The notes: a model not told the origin generated them from the sequence alone. DNA of 64,000 nt from a virus (IMGVR_UViG_3300033067_001119:1-64000), one strand, 5' to 3'; numbered from the stretch's first letter, positions 37,013 through 45,897 are shown. Program-made: numbers and translations.

Positions 37013-37249
37013 TTAAGTCTCGTTGACCGGCGTCAGTTCGCGGATGCGCTTGTCAAGAATCCACACCACATCCTCGCCCATAGCGACGCTCTGATGAGGT
37101 AGCAGGCGCAGCAGCGTGGCAAGATTGTCATAGGCTTCAGCCTTGGGCTTCAGGCGGTCGATGACGGATCGCAAGCTGCGGATTTCCTCCTTGCAGCGGT
37201 TCATCATTTCGATTGCTTCCTTGTTGGTGATCGTGTCGCCGGGCATCAT
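37013..37249 (-). CDS. Hypothetical coiled-coil protein
   Basis: LKPKAEAYD motif. Confidence 0.6.
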   Translation of the reverse strand: MMPGDTITNKEAIEMMNRCKEEIRSLRSVIDRLKPKAEAYDNLATLLRLLPHQSVAMGEDVVWILDKRIRELTPVNET

Positions 37250-37255
37250 GCTCTC

Positions 37256-37589
37256 CTAGTTGAGGATTTTCATTCCGAGAACCTTGCGCATCTCCGGCGA
37301 CAGCTGCCTTGCGGCTTCCTGCCCTGACGGGCTGCGCATCCATTCGTCGCTTTCGTCCTTGGTCGCATCAAACTCGCCACTGGCGACGCGAGCGGCGAAT
37401 TTCGCGAAGCCGGCGGCTGTCAGCTCCGAATACAATTGCGTGATCGGACAGACAATAGGTGTCCGCATAGTCGTCAAATTCGCCGGTTGCCGCGCGCACG
37501 GCGAAAGCCTCATACTTCGCGGCGTTCGCTGGCGATGCCTGGGCGGCGATCTTGCGCAGTTCGCTTGCTAGTCTCTCGCGGGTTTTCAT
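37256..37589 (-). pseudogene. Hypothetical gene split by a one-base frameshift
   Basis: ACC TAT T GTC TGT CCG near 37454 joins MKTRERL...DTY to VCPITQLY... Confidence 0.65.
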
Positions 37590-37617
37590 GTTGTGCCCTT
37601 GGTGGTGTAGTAGGTTG

Positions 37618-37848
37618 TCAAAATTGCTCGTTCTCTTTCACAATCGCCGTGATCGGTGCGCGCCAAACCATCGGGTTTGTTCGCATTCCTTGTGCAATGA
37701 ACTCGGCGCAGCGGAACGCATCCGCCATGCCCTCGGCGCGCACGGCAAACTTCTGCGTTCGGTCGCCGGCAGCGAGCTGGTCCTTGTCAGCTCCGTTGCC
37801 CGTGGAATGCGGCCACGCCTCGATTGTCACCAGCCAGCGGTCGGTCAT
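37618..37848 (-). CDS. Hypothetical protein
   Basis: Coupled small ORF. Confidence 0.6.
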   Translation of the reverse strand: MTDRWLVTIEAWPHSTGNGADKDQLAAGDRTQKFAVRAEGMADAFRCAEFIAQGMRTNPMVWRAPITAIVKENEQF

Positions 37849-38030
37849 CGCTTCGTGTCCTCGGCGGTCTTGAAGGAATGGTTGCGCTCTCGCTCTGCGA
37901 GGTGGGCCGCCTTTTCTTCGGGCGTCCGCTTGCGATACCAGTGAGTGAGCGGCGTGAAGCGGACTTCGTAATCGTCCACCATGCCCTCATAATATTTGCC
38001 GGGCGGGAAGCCCCGTTTCCACTCAGCCAT
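37845..38030 (-). CDS. Hypothetical protein
   Basis: Start behind linker repeat RBS. Confidence 0.55.
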   Translation of the reverse strand: MAEWKRGFPPGKYYEGMVDDYEVRFTPLTHWYRKRTPEEKAAHLAERERNHSFKTAEDTKR

Positions 38031-38078
38031 TCGGCTCTCCCTTGGCAGACGCATGTGCGGTCTTGGGGGCGAGGTTGT

Positions 38079-38303
38079 TCATGGATTCAGGGTGTAAATT
38101 TCTTGGGCTAGATGCAGCGGAATTATCACGTCGGCTCGATCATCCTCGTAGATGACGCTTGCGACCAGATAGAACCCCATTGGCCCCGGAAGCTGGTTAA
38201 CGCCAATGCCCATTACTCCTTTGGCACCAGCCCTATAGTGATCGCCCGCTGGCGTGATTATGCCTGTCAGTCTATCGCCTACGACCAGTAGTTCTCGGCT
38301 CAT
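38079..38303 (-). CDS. Hypothetical protein
   Basis: Start behind linker repeat RBS. Confidence 0.55.
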   Translation of the reverse strand: MSRELLVVGDRLTGIITPAGDHYRAGAKGVMGIGVNQLPGPMGFYLVASVIYEDDRADVIIPLHLAQEIYTLNP

Positions 38304-38506
38304 CGCTTCTCTCCTTCGGCAGACGCCTGTGCGGTCTTAAGGGAACGGATGATTGCTGCGGCGCTGCCAAGGGTTATTGAGAACCGCTTGTCTGGCATGT
38401 GAGACTCTATCTCTAGCGCGCATTCCTCAATGATGCCGTTCCGTATCTCGGCGTCGGATGGCTGCGCGGCTAACCACGCCAAGATGCTATCTTGCCCCTC
38501 GATCAT
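38300..38506 (-). CDS. Hypothetical protein
   Basis: IIEECA motif; start behind linker repeat. Confidence 0.55.
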   Translation of the reverse strand: MIEGQDSILAWLAAQPSDAEIRNGIIEECALEIESHMPDKRFSITLGSAAAIIRSLKTAQASAEGEKR

Positions 38507-38537
38507 TGGTCCCCCTTGGCAGACGCATGGGCGAACA

Positions 38538-38798
38538 TCACGCGCTCCCCTTGCTGCGCATCACCTGTTCAATAGCTTGGGCGTTGCCCGTCTCGATGTT
38601 CTTGATGACGATCTCAAGGGCGCGCTCGCGTGTCATGGTGCGCTGATCCTGCATCGCCATCAGCTTGCCCACCATGTTCGCTGCGACCGCTAGAATTTCC
38701 TCCGCGCTCATGGCGTTGGCGTAGCGCCCGATGATCGCCGCCATGTCCTGATAGGCGGCCTCGTGTTCCGGCTTGGCCTGTACGACGCGACCGCTCAT
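38538..38798 (-). CDS. Hypothetical protein
   Basis: EILAVAANMVGKLMAMQDQR. Confidence 0.6.
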   Translation of the reverse strand: MSGRVVQAKPEHEAAYQDMAAIIGRYANAMSAEEILAVAANMVGKLMAMQDQRTMTRERALEIVIKNIETGNAQAIEQVMRSKGSA

Positions 38799-39121
38799 GT
38801 CCCCACCTTCTCGCTTGTGCCATCCCAAACGAACTCGCCGTCAGCGCCGACCGGGAAGTGCGCGCTGCATCCGCAGCAAAACGTCCCACTATAGAAGTCC
38901 GGCTGGCGGGCATAGGTCTCTGCGAGCGTTTGCCCCATCGTGGTGACGACGCCGCATTTCAGGTGCTTGTAGGATCGCCTGACGGGCCGCACAAAGCCCT
39001 TGGCGCGCTCCTCCTCGGCCAGCACGACGTAATCGTTCTGCTGCCCGTTTGGTTTCAGGTTGCGATGCTCGGGGTAGATTTGCCGACCATCGGTAAGCGT
39101 GCGGCGCGGTGCGTCAGTCAT
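38795..39121 (-). CDS. Conserved phage Cys/His protein
   Basis: KGFVRPVRRSYKHLKCG...AETYARQPDFYSGTFCCGC. Confidence 0.75.
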   Translation of the reverse strand: MTDAPRRTLTDGRQIYPEHRNLKPNGQQNDYVVLAEEERAKGFVRPVRRSYKHLKCGVVTTMGQTLAETYARQPDFYSGTFCCGCSAHFPVGADGEFVWDGTSEKVGT

Positions 39122-39513
39122 TGGTCGGTCTTTCCTATGTCGTCAGTCAGGGCGGTCCGGATACGGTCGTGCGCGTCGTAGCCGAGACCGCCCCTGCGGT
39201 TCAGCCATTCAAGCGTCTCTCTCGCCTTCGCAAGCCGCGTCGAAGCCGCTTCCGCCCGGTCGAATAGGCGCTGGTTTTCTGCGGCGTAACTGTCGCAGAC
39301 GCGCACCATTTCAGCATTCTCGGACTGTGCCTTCACAAGCTGTGAAAGCGCACTATCGCGCTCGCGAGCCGTAACGGCCAAGAGCCTCGCCAGCAGCCGC
39401 GCCCCGATCAGAAAGTCGTCAATCATTTTCATCGCGTCCCCCACATCAGCAAAACCAGAGCCGGAAACAGGCAGGCCATCGCAGGCACGCGCCACCACTC
39501 CGATTGCTCCCAC
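39118..39513 (-). CDS. Hypothetical coiled-coil protein
   Basis: Coupled ORF, start uncertain. Confidence 0.5.
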   Translation of the reverse strand: MGAIGVVARACDGLPVSGSGFADVGDAMKMIDDFLIGARLLARLLAVTARERDSALSQLVKAQSENAEMVRVCDSYAAENQRLFDRAEAASTRLAKARETLEWLNRRGGLGYDAHDRIRTALTDDIGKTDQ

Positions 39514-39535
39514 TTTTTATCGCGCTCGTAATCGG

Positions 39536-39811
39536 TCATGGCGACGCCGGATGCTGGGGATCGGGCGAATGGTCGAACTCGTAGCCCGGCCAATCGGGGA
39601 ACTGCGGCATCTCCCCATGGGCGTCATGATGACGTAGTATCATCCACGCCAGCCGGGCGATGTAGAGCGGAATCTGGAACTTGCCGTGCTCATACTTGCG
39701 CAGGCGAAACTCGTTGTTGCTGTCGGTGCCGGTGTAGCCAATCAAGCGAGCGAACTCGACCCGGTCCATGCCGATGGTGCCCCTGATTCGCGCCAGTTCC
39801 TTGCCGTCCAT
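39536..39811 (-). CDS. XRE-type HTH protein
   Basis: ELARIRGTIGMDRVEFARLIG...YEHGKFQIP. Confidence 0.7.
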   Translation of the reverse strand: MDGKELARIRGTIGMDRVEFARLIGYTGTDSNNEFRLRKYEHGKFQIPLYIARLAWMILRHHDAHGEMPQFPDWPGYEFDHSPDPQHPASP

Positions 39812-39812
39812 G

Positions 39813-40070
39813 TCAGCACCATCCCCTTCGGATCGCGTAGCGGAGCCAGTTGTTGTAGCCGGTCGACACCAGCCCGTAGCGGGACCAGTACCAGTCCTCG
39901 TAAGTGTCGACGGCAGCATACCATGCCCAGCGGGCGTGCCGGACGCCCCAGAGCCTCGCCAAGGGGTTTGCCGGGTCGGGCAGGGTCCAGCCCCGCCTGA
40001 GCCCACAATCGAACCAGAGGCAATCTCTGGTCGTCTGGAGGTATGTGTAGCCCCAGTCTGCCGTTCCCAT
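39813..40070 (-). CDS. Trp/Tyr-rich hypothetical protein
   Basis: First gene behind repeated promoter copy 2. Confidence 0.5.
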   Translation of the reverse strand: MGTADWGYTYLQTTRDCLWFDCGLRRGWTLPDPANPLARLWGVRHARWAWYAAVDTYEDWYWSRYGLVSTGYNNWLRYAIRRGWC

Positions 40071-40103
40071 TGCCGCCTTCCTACGCCTTGGTGCTTTTCT
40101 CCG

Positions 40104-40168
40104 GAGCCCCAATGGCTCGCAGGCAGGACCATCTCATATCCTGATGTCGCAGTCAACAGCTAGTTTAC
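40104..40168 (-). promoter_or_regulatory. Repeated operator/promoter/hairpin element, copy 2
   Basis: GTAAAC-N5-GTTGAC, 33 nt, then GAGCCATTGGGGCTC. Confidence 0.85.
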
Positions 40169-40470
40169 TTCAGGGCGCGCTTCAGCAGCTCGACGTCGGC
40201 GTAGATCAGCCGGGTCATCTTCTTGCCGGAGGCCTGCCCGAGGCCGGGATACATGATCGCCAGCCGGATCAGATCATTGGCGGTGTCGGCCTTGGCGACG
40301 TGGTCGCGGTGGAAAGCATACTGCTCGTAGTCGCCAAATGCTCGGCTGAGGCTGGCGTTGCGCACCTTGCGGTCCATATCGGCCATGGCAGCCGCCCAGA
40401 TCGACGACGGCTTCAACTCCATCAGCTTGGTGCCGTATCTTTCGAGCAGGACACTTGGCATGGCCTTCAA
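40165..40470 (-). CDS. Hypothetical protein
   Basis: 101 aa ORF. Confidence 0.55.
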   Translation of the reverse strand: MKAMPSVLLERYGTKLMELKPSSIWAAAMADMDRKVRNASLSRAFGDYEQYAFHRDHVAKADTANDLIRLAIMYPGLGQASGKKMTRLIYADVELLKRALK

Positions 40471-40542
40471 TCCATCAAAAATGGCCCGGGAGGGCTGTCT
40501 GGGGCTGGGGGCTGACGATCAGCCCTCCCGGGTTTGGGCCGC

Positions 40543-41598
40543 TTACGCGGCTTCCAGAACCTCCCGCCAGTCGTTGGCCGGGAGATCGATCAGCTTGCCG
40601 CCCATGGCCTCGAACTCCACAGAACGGTCGTAGTCGGCGATGCCGTGCGCCTGATGGGTGACGGCATTGACGATGCCCCAGCGGGATAGGTCGCCGCCCT
40701 CGATCAGGGAGCGCAGGATGCCGCCGCGCTCGCCGTCAGTGACGCCCAGCTTGCGCGAGAGGACCTCGACGGCCTTGACCGGGTCGCCGGTGACACCCTG
40801 CTGGGTGAGGCCCTGCAGCTGCTCCAGCTTCTTGGTGAAGAAGTCGGAGGACAGATAGCCAGCGACGGTGTCGCGGACCTTGAGCAGGATCGCCTTGTCG
40901 TCGGCGGCGCGGGTGTCGTCCTTGTAGAGGTCCTCGTTGTCGTCGATCCGGCGGCCGATGTGGGACGCGCGGAACGTCTCGGGCAGGATCAGCCCGTTCA
41001 GGCAGGCGAGGCGGTAGAACATCGCCTTGACGCTGACGGAGCCGTGGCCGGTCTCGCTGTTGGAGATGATCAGCCCGGCCTGCACAACGTCGCCGCGCTT
41101 GACCTCGCCGACCAACCGGTCAGTCGTGACCTGCAGGTACATCCGGCGCTCGGTGATCTGGCTCGATGCCACCTTGATGCCGGGGACGCTCAGGAGCACG
41201 GGCAGCGCAACTTCGGCGATCTCCTCGTGGTCGATGCGCTGGTATTTGTTGGAGTGCAGCGAGCGCATGTTGCCGCTGAGGGCGCGGACGAGGCGCTTGT
41301 CGTTGGTGCACTTGCTGAGCCAAGTGTTGACGTTGTCGGCGAGGAGCTTGGGGCTCTCGGCGAGCATGCGGTCATAATACTTGGCGGGGATGTCGGTGTA
41401 GCCACCGATCTGGTCGTGAGCCATCGGACGGATGGGCATCACGGAGTAGGACGAGTCGCTGGTGGGAACCTGCATCTCGACGTTCTCACCCTGAACCACC
41501 ATTTCGAGGCCCTTGGAGGGAACGATGTAGTCCTGCTTGGCGGCAGCGTTCGATTCGATCTGCGCGGCCAGCTGGGTGAGGGAAAGTCCGGTCTTCAT
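40543..41598 (-). CDS. DUF932/DUF945-like phage protein
   Basis: MKTGLSLTQLAAQIE, ISNSETGHGSVSV, YRLACLNG. Confidence 0.75.
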   Translation of the reverse strand: MKTGLSLTQLAAQIESNAAAKQDYIVPSKGLEMVVQGENVEMQVPTSDSSYSVMPIRPMAHDQIGGYTDIPAKYYDRMLAESPKLLADNVNTWLSKCTNDKRLVRALSGNMRSLHSNKYQRIDHEEIAEVALPVLLSVPGIKVASSQITERRMYLQVTTDRLVGEVKRGDVVQAGLIISNSETGHGSVSVKAMFYRLACLNGLILPETFRASHIGRRIDDNEDLYKDDTRAADDKAILLKVRDTVAGYLSSDFFTKKLEQLQGLTQQGVTGDPVKAVEVLSRKLGVTDGERGGILRSLIEGGDLSRWGIVNAVTHQAHGIADYDRSVEFEAMGGKLIDLPANDWREVLEAA

Positions 41599-41622
41599 GA
41601 TGCTTTTGCTCCTTGTTGCGCC

Positions 41623-41689
41623 GAGCCCCAATGGCTCGCGACCCCCGCTGTATCTCACAACGGAGGCCGCGTGTCAACAGGATGTTTAC
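41623..41689 (-). promoter_or_regulatory. Repeated operator/promoter/hairpin element, copy 3
   Basis: GTAAAC-N5-GTTGAC, 35 nt, then GAGCCATTGGGGCTC. Confidence 0.85.
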
Positions 41690-41770
41690 TCAGGCCGCCT
41701 GCTTCGCTGTCAGCTTGGCAAACACGCGCACGCCTTGTTTTACAGGGTCACGCCTGCGACAACATGTCCA

Positions 41771-41932
41771 TCAGTGGTCGTCGGGAAATTTGTCTGCCAT
41801 CTCGGCCAACATCTTGGTTTCGGCCCTGCTGACCAGCTCATGCAACACCATCAGCTCCTCGGCGTCGAGCAGCGATACATGCGCCAGCAAATTCTCGATG
41901 ACCTGCCGATACTCCTGCGCGCGAGTGTTCAT
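41771..41932 (-). CDS. Hypothetical protein
   Basis: ATGA overlap with the helicase stop. Confidence 0.5.
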   Translation of the reverse strand: MNTRAQEYRQVIENLLAHVSLLDAEELMVLHELVSRAETKMLAEMADKFPDDH

Positions 41933-42762
41933 ATCGCCTGCCCTCCACCGTGCTGCTCGCGGAAGATGCCGGTCTCCTCGTCGACCAAGAAAATGCAGTG
42001 GCCGAGCCTGCCGCCGAACGGACGTTCGCGAACCTTTGCCGAGATCACCGTCGCCTCCGGCTTGCCGGGGTCGGCCTTCAGGATCAGTCCGTTGTCGCAC
42101 TTGTTGAACCAGTGCGCGCTGCCCTCGATGTCGTACAGCGTCGGCGTGCGCGTCTTGCCGTCCTTGGCGATGTCCTTTGTTGGGTGGGCAACCATGAACA
42201 TGGTGCAGCCGGTCTCGCGGGCAAACATCTTCACCCGCATCAGGCAGCGCCCGATGTAGTCGGTCATGTTCTCGTCGCGAGCCCGCGCACGCTCCAGCTC
42301 GTTCCACGGATCGATCAGGACGTAGTTGATCTTGTCCTTCAGCCAAGCGTGGTAGGCGTTGTCCAGTATCCACTCAATCGTCCGCGGCTCCTCGCCGTAG
42401 TGGTGATAATCCGAAGACTGGACGAAGCAGTGGCTCGCAGCGAACTTCGCAAACTGCCGGTCTTGGTTGTTGAACATCCGCTGCAGCTTCTGCAACAGGT
42501 TGGCCTCGTTCTCCGGGACATACATCCACGCCCGGTGATTGTGCACCCAGCACAGGTTGATGATCAGGTTGAACAGGAACGTCGACTTGCCGCTGCCGGG
42601 GTTGCCGGTGCAGACGATGAACTGCCCGGGATAGATTTTGAGGATCGCATCCAGCTCCACCCAGCCGGTCGACTTGGCGGACGTGAGCAGCGATTCGCGC
42701 TGCGGAAGTTCAGCGAGCGAGTAGTAGCCGGGGATGCCATGGCGGGGAAATGGGATCGTCAT
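41929..42762 (-). CDS. SF4 (T7 gp4/Twinkle-like) helicase ATPase domain
   Basis: TGNPGSGKST, IDPWNELE, VAHPTK, GSAHWFNKCD. Confidence 0.85.
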   Translation of the reverse strand: MTIPFPRHGIPGYYSLAELPQRESLLTSAKSTGWVELDAILKIYPGQFIVCTGNPGSGKSTFLFNLIINLCWVHNHRAWMYVPENEANLLQKLQRMFNNQDRQFAKFAASHCFVQSSDYHHYGEEPRTIEWILDNAYHAWLKDKINYVLIDPWNELERARARDENMTDYIGRCLMRVKMFARETGCTMFMVAHPTKDIAKDGKTRTPTLYDIEGSAHWFNKCDNGLILKADPGKPEATVISAKVRERPFGGRLGHCIFLVDEETGIFREQHGGGQAI

Positions 42763-43487
42763 ACCAGCACCGACCTGATGTCGAACTGCGGTGCAGCGAC
42801 AACAGCCCCTCCGTTCACAAAATTTTCAAACCGGCGCTGGGACAGGTACCGGCAGCTATCGACCCAGAACTGTGGATCACGGACACTGGCCTTGTATTGA
42901 TCAATGGCTTTGCAGGCGTCGTTCCGGTCCTCTGGTGAGAGAGCCCTCCACTGCTTCCATGCGTCTGCCTTTGACCCCTTTGCGTACCGGCTCCAAAACC
43001 GGTCTTCAAAATCCTGAGAGTACGGAGGCTTCTTCCGCAGCGATGCGCCAGCATCGCCAAGAGATTCTTTCTTCTCTAGTCTAGTCTTCTCTATTAGGCT
43101 TCGATCATCTTTAAGCGACGCTTGAGCCACATTGTTTATTTCCAATGGCTTATGAGCCGAGGAACGTACCTCAGCGGACTTGAGACCTCCCTTAGAAGCG
43201 TTGAGGCGGTTCTCTGAAACTTTTTCGAGTTCTTTTTTTGCCCGAGAATTGCTGAGACGACCCTCTGAGAGGGCCAGCTTACCGTCGTCTAGGAGGGCTT
43301 TAAGGTTGGCCCGGAACGACCTGATCGACTGCTTGCAGCGACCGGCTATGCCGTGCTCGTTGAGCTTGATCGGACCCTCGGCCAAATAGATCAGCTGACA
43401 GACGACATGGTAGACCCGATACGGACCATCATCGAGGTCCTCGGTGCCATCCATCCAGTCTGGAATGTCGTGCTTGTAGAAGTCCAT
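42759..43487 (-). CDS. Replication initiator, YdaU/DUF1376-like
   Basis: FYKHDIPDWMDGTEDL...PYRVY; C-terminal FWSRYAK...YLSQRRFE. Confidence 0.8.
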   Translation of the reverse strand: MDFYKHDIPDWMDGTEDLDDGPYRVYHVVCQLIYLAEGPIKLNEHGIAGRCKQSIRSFRANLKALLDDGKLALSEGRLSNSRAKKELEKVSENRLNASKGGLKSAEVRSSAHKPLEINNVAQASLKDDRSLIEKTRLEKKESLGDAGASLRKKPPYSQDFEDRFWSRYAKGSKADAWKQWRALSPEDRNDACKAIDQYKASVRDPQFWVDSCRYLSQRRFENFVNGGAVVAAPQFDIRSVLV

Positions 43488-43520
43488 TGGAACAACCCCT
43501 TCCTGAGCGGATTGGGGCTG

Positions 43521-43549
43521 TTGACGGGAGAAGGGTAAACCCTTATTTT
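43521..43549 (+). promoter_or_regulatory. Antisense sigma70-like promoter
   Basis: TTGACG-N17-TATTTT. Confidence 0.6.
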
Positions 43550-43555
43550 ACTCCC

Positions 43556-43629
43556 GCACACTACCCAATCGCCATCATCGATTGGTTTCAGGCCCCGAGA
43601 GGTTCACCGCCTCCGGGGCCTTTTCTTTT
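43556..43629 (+). ncRNA. Candidate ~74-nt counter-transcribed RNA upstream of the rep gene
   Basis: Promoter, hairpin CCAATCG/CGATTGG and intrinsic terminator, all antisense. Confidence 0.5.
43591..43629 (+). terminator. Rho-independent terminator
   Basis: GGCCCCG..GAGG/CCTC..CGGGGCC followed by TTTTCTTTT. Confidence 0.75.
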
Positions 43630-43652
43630 ATCACTCCGAATCCACCTTGGAG

Positions 43653-44234
43653 TCAATCCCAGCTGATCCTGCTGATGGTCGCCGGGCCCCTATGATCGCC
43701 GTCAAAAACGAACCAAGCGAAGGGCACGGTGTTGGTCGAGCGCGGCCCTTCCCAGCCCTCCCTGTGCATGAAGGGAAGTCGGTTTCGGAAGATATGGACG
43801 CGCGCTAGATGCCCCCGGTCGAGGCACCAGAGCCGCGCCCGGCCCAGCTCCGTTTTCTGGTTTCCAGCCTCAAGGAAGGATAGCCGTAGTAGGGCGACGA
43901 CGTAGGGACACAACATGAGGGCATGCCTGACGTGGATCGACGCAGCAGCATATGGCGGGTTCATCACAATGCCGTCGACGCCAGATGGCACCTTCCGCGC
44001 CTGCAGGAAGTCGTAGGCTCCGGTCTGGAATGGGTAGTCCCGGTACTCGATGTCGGTGGCGACGACAGCATGTCCGGCATCCAATAAAATTTCTGCGATG
44101 GCACCCAGCCCGCAGTGTGGCTCCCAGATGCCATGGGGAAGGCGCTCGGCGCGAATCAGTGCGCGGGTGGCCTCCGGTGGGGTGCTGTAAAAATCCAGAC
44201 CGCGCTCCGCGAGCGCGTGCCGTATCTTAACCAT
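43653..44234 (-). CDS. N6-adenine DNA methyltransferase-like protein
   Basis: DFYSTP, WEPHCGLG, IVMNPPY. Confidence 0.8.
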   Translation of the reverse strand: MVKIRHALAERGLDFYSTPPEATRALIRAERLPHGIWEPHCGLGAIAEILLDAGHAVVATDIEYRDYPFQTGAYDFLQARKVPSGVDGIVMNPPYAAASIHVRHALMLCPYVVALLRLSFLEAGNQKTELGRARLWCLDRGHLARVHIFRNRLPFMHREGWEGPRSTNTVPFAWFVFDGDHRGPATISRISWD

Positions 44235-44706
44235 GAATAGGGAGGCTTTTGCGGTAATCTTCTCGCGCGGCGACAGCCTCCTCCAAAGTGGGATAGGTGC
44301 CGATGGTGATGTTCTTCCAGTTGAAGCCAATGACAGCACGATAGCCATCCCGGAACCTCTTTATCCCGGGAGCGCCGCTGGTGTTGTTTTTGTTGAGACC
44401 CTTCCGATTATGAAGGTTTACTAGAGGGGTGGTTACCCGAAGATTCACCCACCTATTGTCGGCCTCTTGGCCATTGCGGTGATCTGTATGGCTTTTCTTC
44501 GGTGGCCACTTTCCAGTCATAAACAGCACCGCGAGGTGGTGACCGTAATAGGCCTCGTAGTCGATGGTGATCGTGACATAACCGCTTGCCATGACATAAC
44601 CAGCGACATCGCCAACCTTCTTGTTGGCTCGGTCTATCTTGTAGGTGAACGCGCCCGTCTCTGGGTCATAATCCAACACCTGCTTCAGCCGCTCCTGCGT
44701 GAGCAT
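44227..44706 (-). CDS. HNH homing endonuclease with AP2-like domain
   Basis: LDYDPETGAF, TDHRNG...DNRWVNLR. Confidence 0.85.
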   Translation of the reverse strand: MLTQERLKQVLDYDPETGAFTYKIDRANKKVGDVAGYVMASGYVTITIDYEAYYGHHLAVLFMTGKWPPKKSHTDHRNGQEADNRWVNLRVTTPLVNLHNRKGLNKNNTSGAPGIKRFRDGYRAVIGFNWKNITIGTYPTLEEAVAAREDYRKSLPIHG

Positions 44707-44711
44707 ATTTC

Positions 44712-45155
44712 CTACTCCCAATCCCAAACACTGATGATCAGGCCCGGGTACGGCCCGTAATACTTCCGGAAGCTGGAGACGATGATCTGGCTGTCGTCTT
44801 TCCAGACGATCTTGTTGAGGGCGTCGCAGACCACCTTGCTGATGTTGTCGAAGTCGGGCTTCCCGGTTGGCATCAGATCGCCTGTAAGGGCCGCCTGTCG
44901 CTTTTTCTTACTCCAGCTGTCTGGGATGGCCATGCAGGCCTCGATCCGCACAGAGACGGCTCCCAACCTCATTGGCAAGGTGCCCATGCGGCGGGCCGCC
45001 TCGACTGCTACGGTCTCCTCGTAGGTCTTGGTCTTCTTGTCGGTCCAGACACGGACGAACTCACCAGCTCGCCCAAAACGCGGACGACCCTTGCCCCGGG
45101 GCTGGCCGGAGACAAGGATCGTGACGAACGCGCCGGGCGTATCAGTGCTTGAGAT
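44712..45155 (-). CDS. rusA: RusA-like Holliday junction resolvase (non-canonical start)
   Basis: PRGKGRPRF...KPDFDNISKVVCDALNKIVWKDDSQIIV; no ATG/GTG/TTG above residue ~57. Confidence 0.8.
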   Translation of the reverse strand: MSSTDTPGAFVTILVSGQPRGKGRPRFGRAGEFVRVWTDKKTKTYEETVAVEAARRMGTLPMRLGAVSVRIEACMAIPDSWSKKKRQAALTGDLMPTGKPDFDNISKVVCDALNKIVWKDDSQIIVSSFRKYYGPYPGLIISVWDWE

Positions 45156-45867
45156 CGCCCTGCTCCGCGGCCTGCTGGCGCTTGTACTCTTCCCGGGTCA
45201 TGGCGACGCCGGAGGCGGGCTGATCGAAAGCCGCAGCATCCTTGGCCTGCTCCGCCTCGCGCTTGGCCTTCTTCTCAGCCTGCTCCGTCAGGTCCTTCTG
45301 CACCTCCGGGTGCAACTTGGTGATGCCGCTCTTGACCCGGATTTCGGTGGCGTCGTGGTAGCCCTGCATGTACCGGCCATGCTGCGGGGTGGAGGGGTCG
45401 TAGGATGGCTTGGCGCTCTTGCCGCTCATGCTGTCGGTCTTGCCTTCCTCGTAGGCGCGGTCCTCGGCAGGCACCCGCTCGTCCTGCGAGAACAGGTCCA
45501 GCTGGGCCCCGAGATCGCAGCCCAGCCAGCGGGCGATCTGCAGGTTGCGAGCAATCGCCGCCTTCTTCTTTTTCTCGCCGTCTGCCGCCTGAATTTCAAA
45601 GGCGCAATCGAAGTCGACCTTCAGGAACCCGTCAGCCTTGGCGGTCTTGTAGGCATTGCGCAGGTTGGCGGTTGCCTTCGCCACCTTGTCCTTCAGGTCA
45701 GCGACCTTCGACAGGTGATGCAGGAACAGCGCCCGGTTCTGCTCGTCGGTGTCGTTGGCTCCCGGAGCCTTGACGGTGTCGGCCTTCGGGGCGGTCTTGG
45801 CGCGGCGTTCGGCCTTTGCGGCTGCCTTCTGGACGTCTTCCTTGGTCGGCTTCTTGCGGGGGGCCAT
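45142..45867 (-). CDS. GapR-like domain + QLDLF + Rmf-like motif protein
   Basis: LRNAYKTAKADGF; AQLDLF; RAYEEG...PSY...YMQGYHD. Confidence 0.55.
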   Translation of the reverse strand: MAPRKKPTKEDVQKAAAKAERRAKTAPKADTVKAPGANDTDEQNRALFLHHLSKVADLKDKVAKATANLRNAYKTAKADGFLKVDFDCAFEIQAADGEKKKKAAIARNLQIARWLGCDLGAQLDLFSQDERVPAEDRAYEEGKTDSMSGKSAKPSYDPSTPQHGRYMQGYHDATEIRVKSGITKLHPEVQKDLTEQAEKKAKREAEQAKDAAAFDQPASGVAMTREEYKRQQAAEQGDLKH

Positions 45868-45897
45868 GCAGCAGTTCTCCGGTGATGTGAGAGGGGG

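Noticed and set aside
43060-43100. TAGAGAAGA repeats in the rep gene as iterons/origin
   Set aside because: Only two short copies; insufficient support
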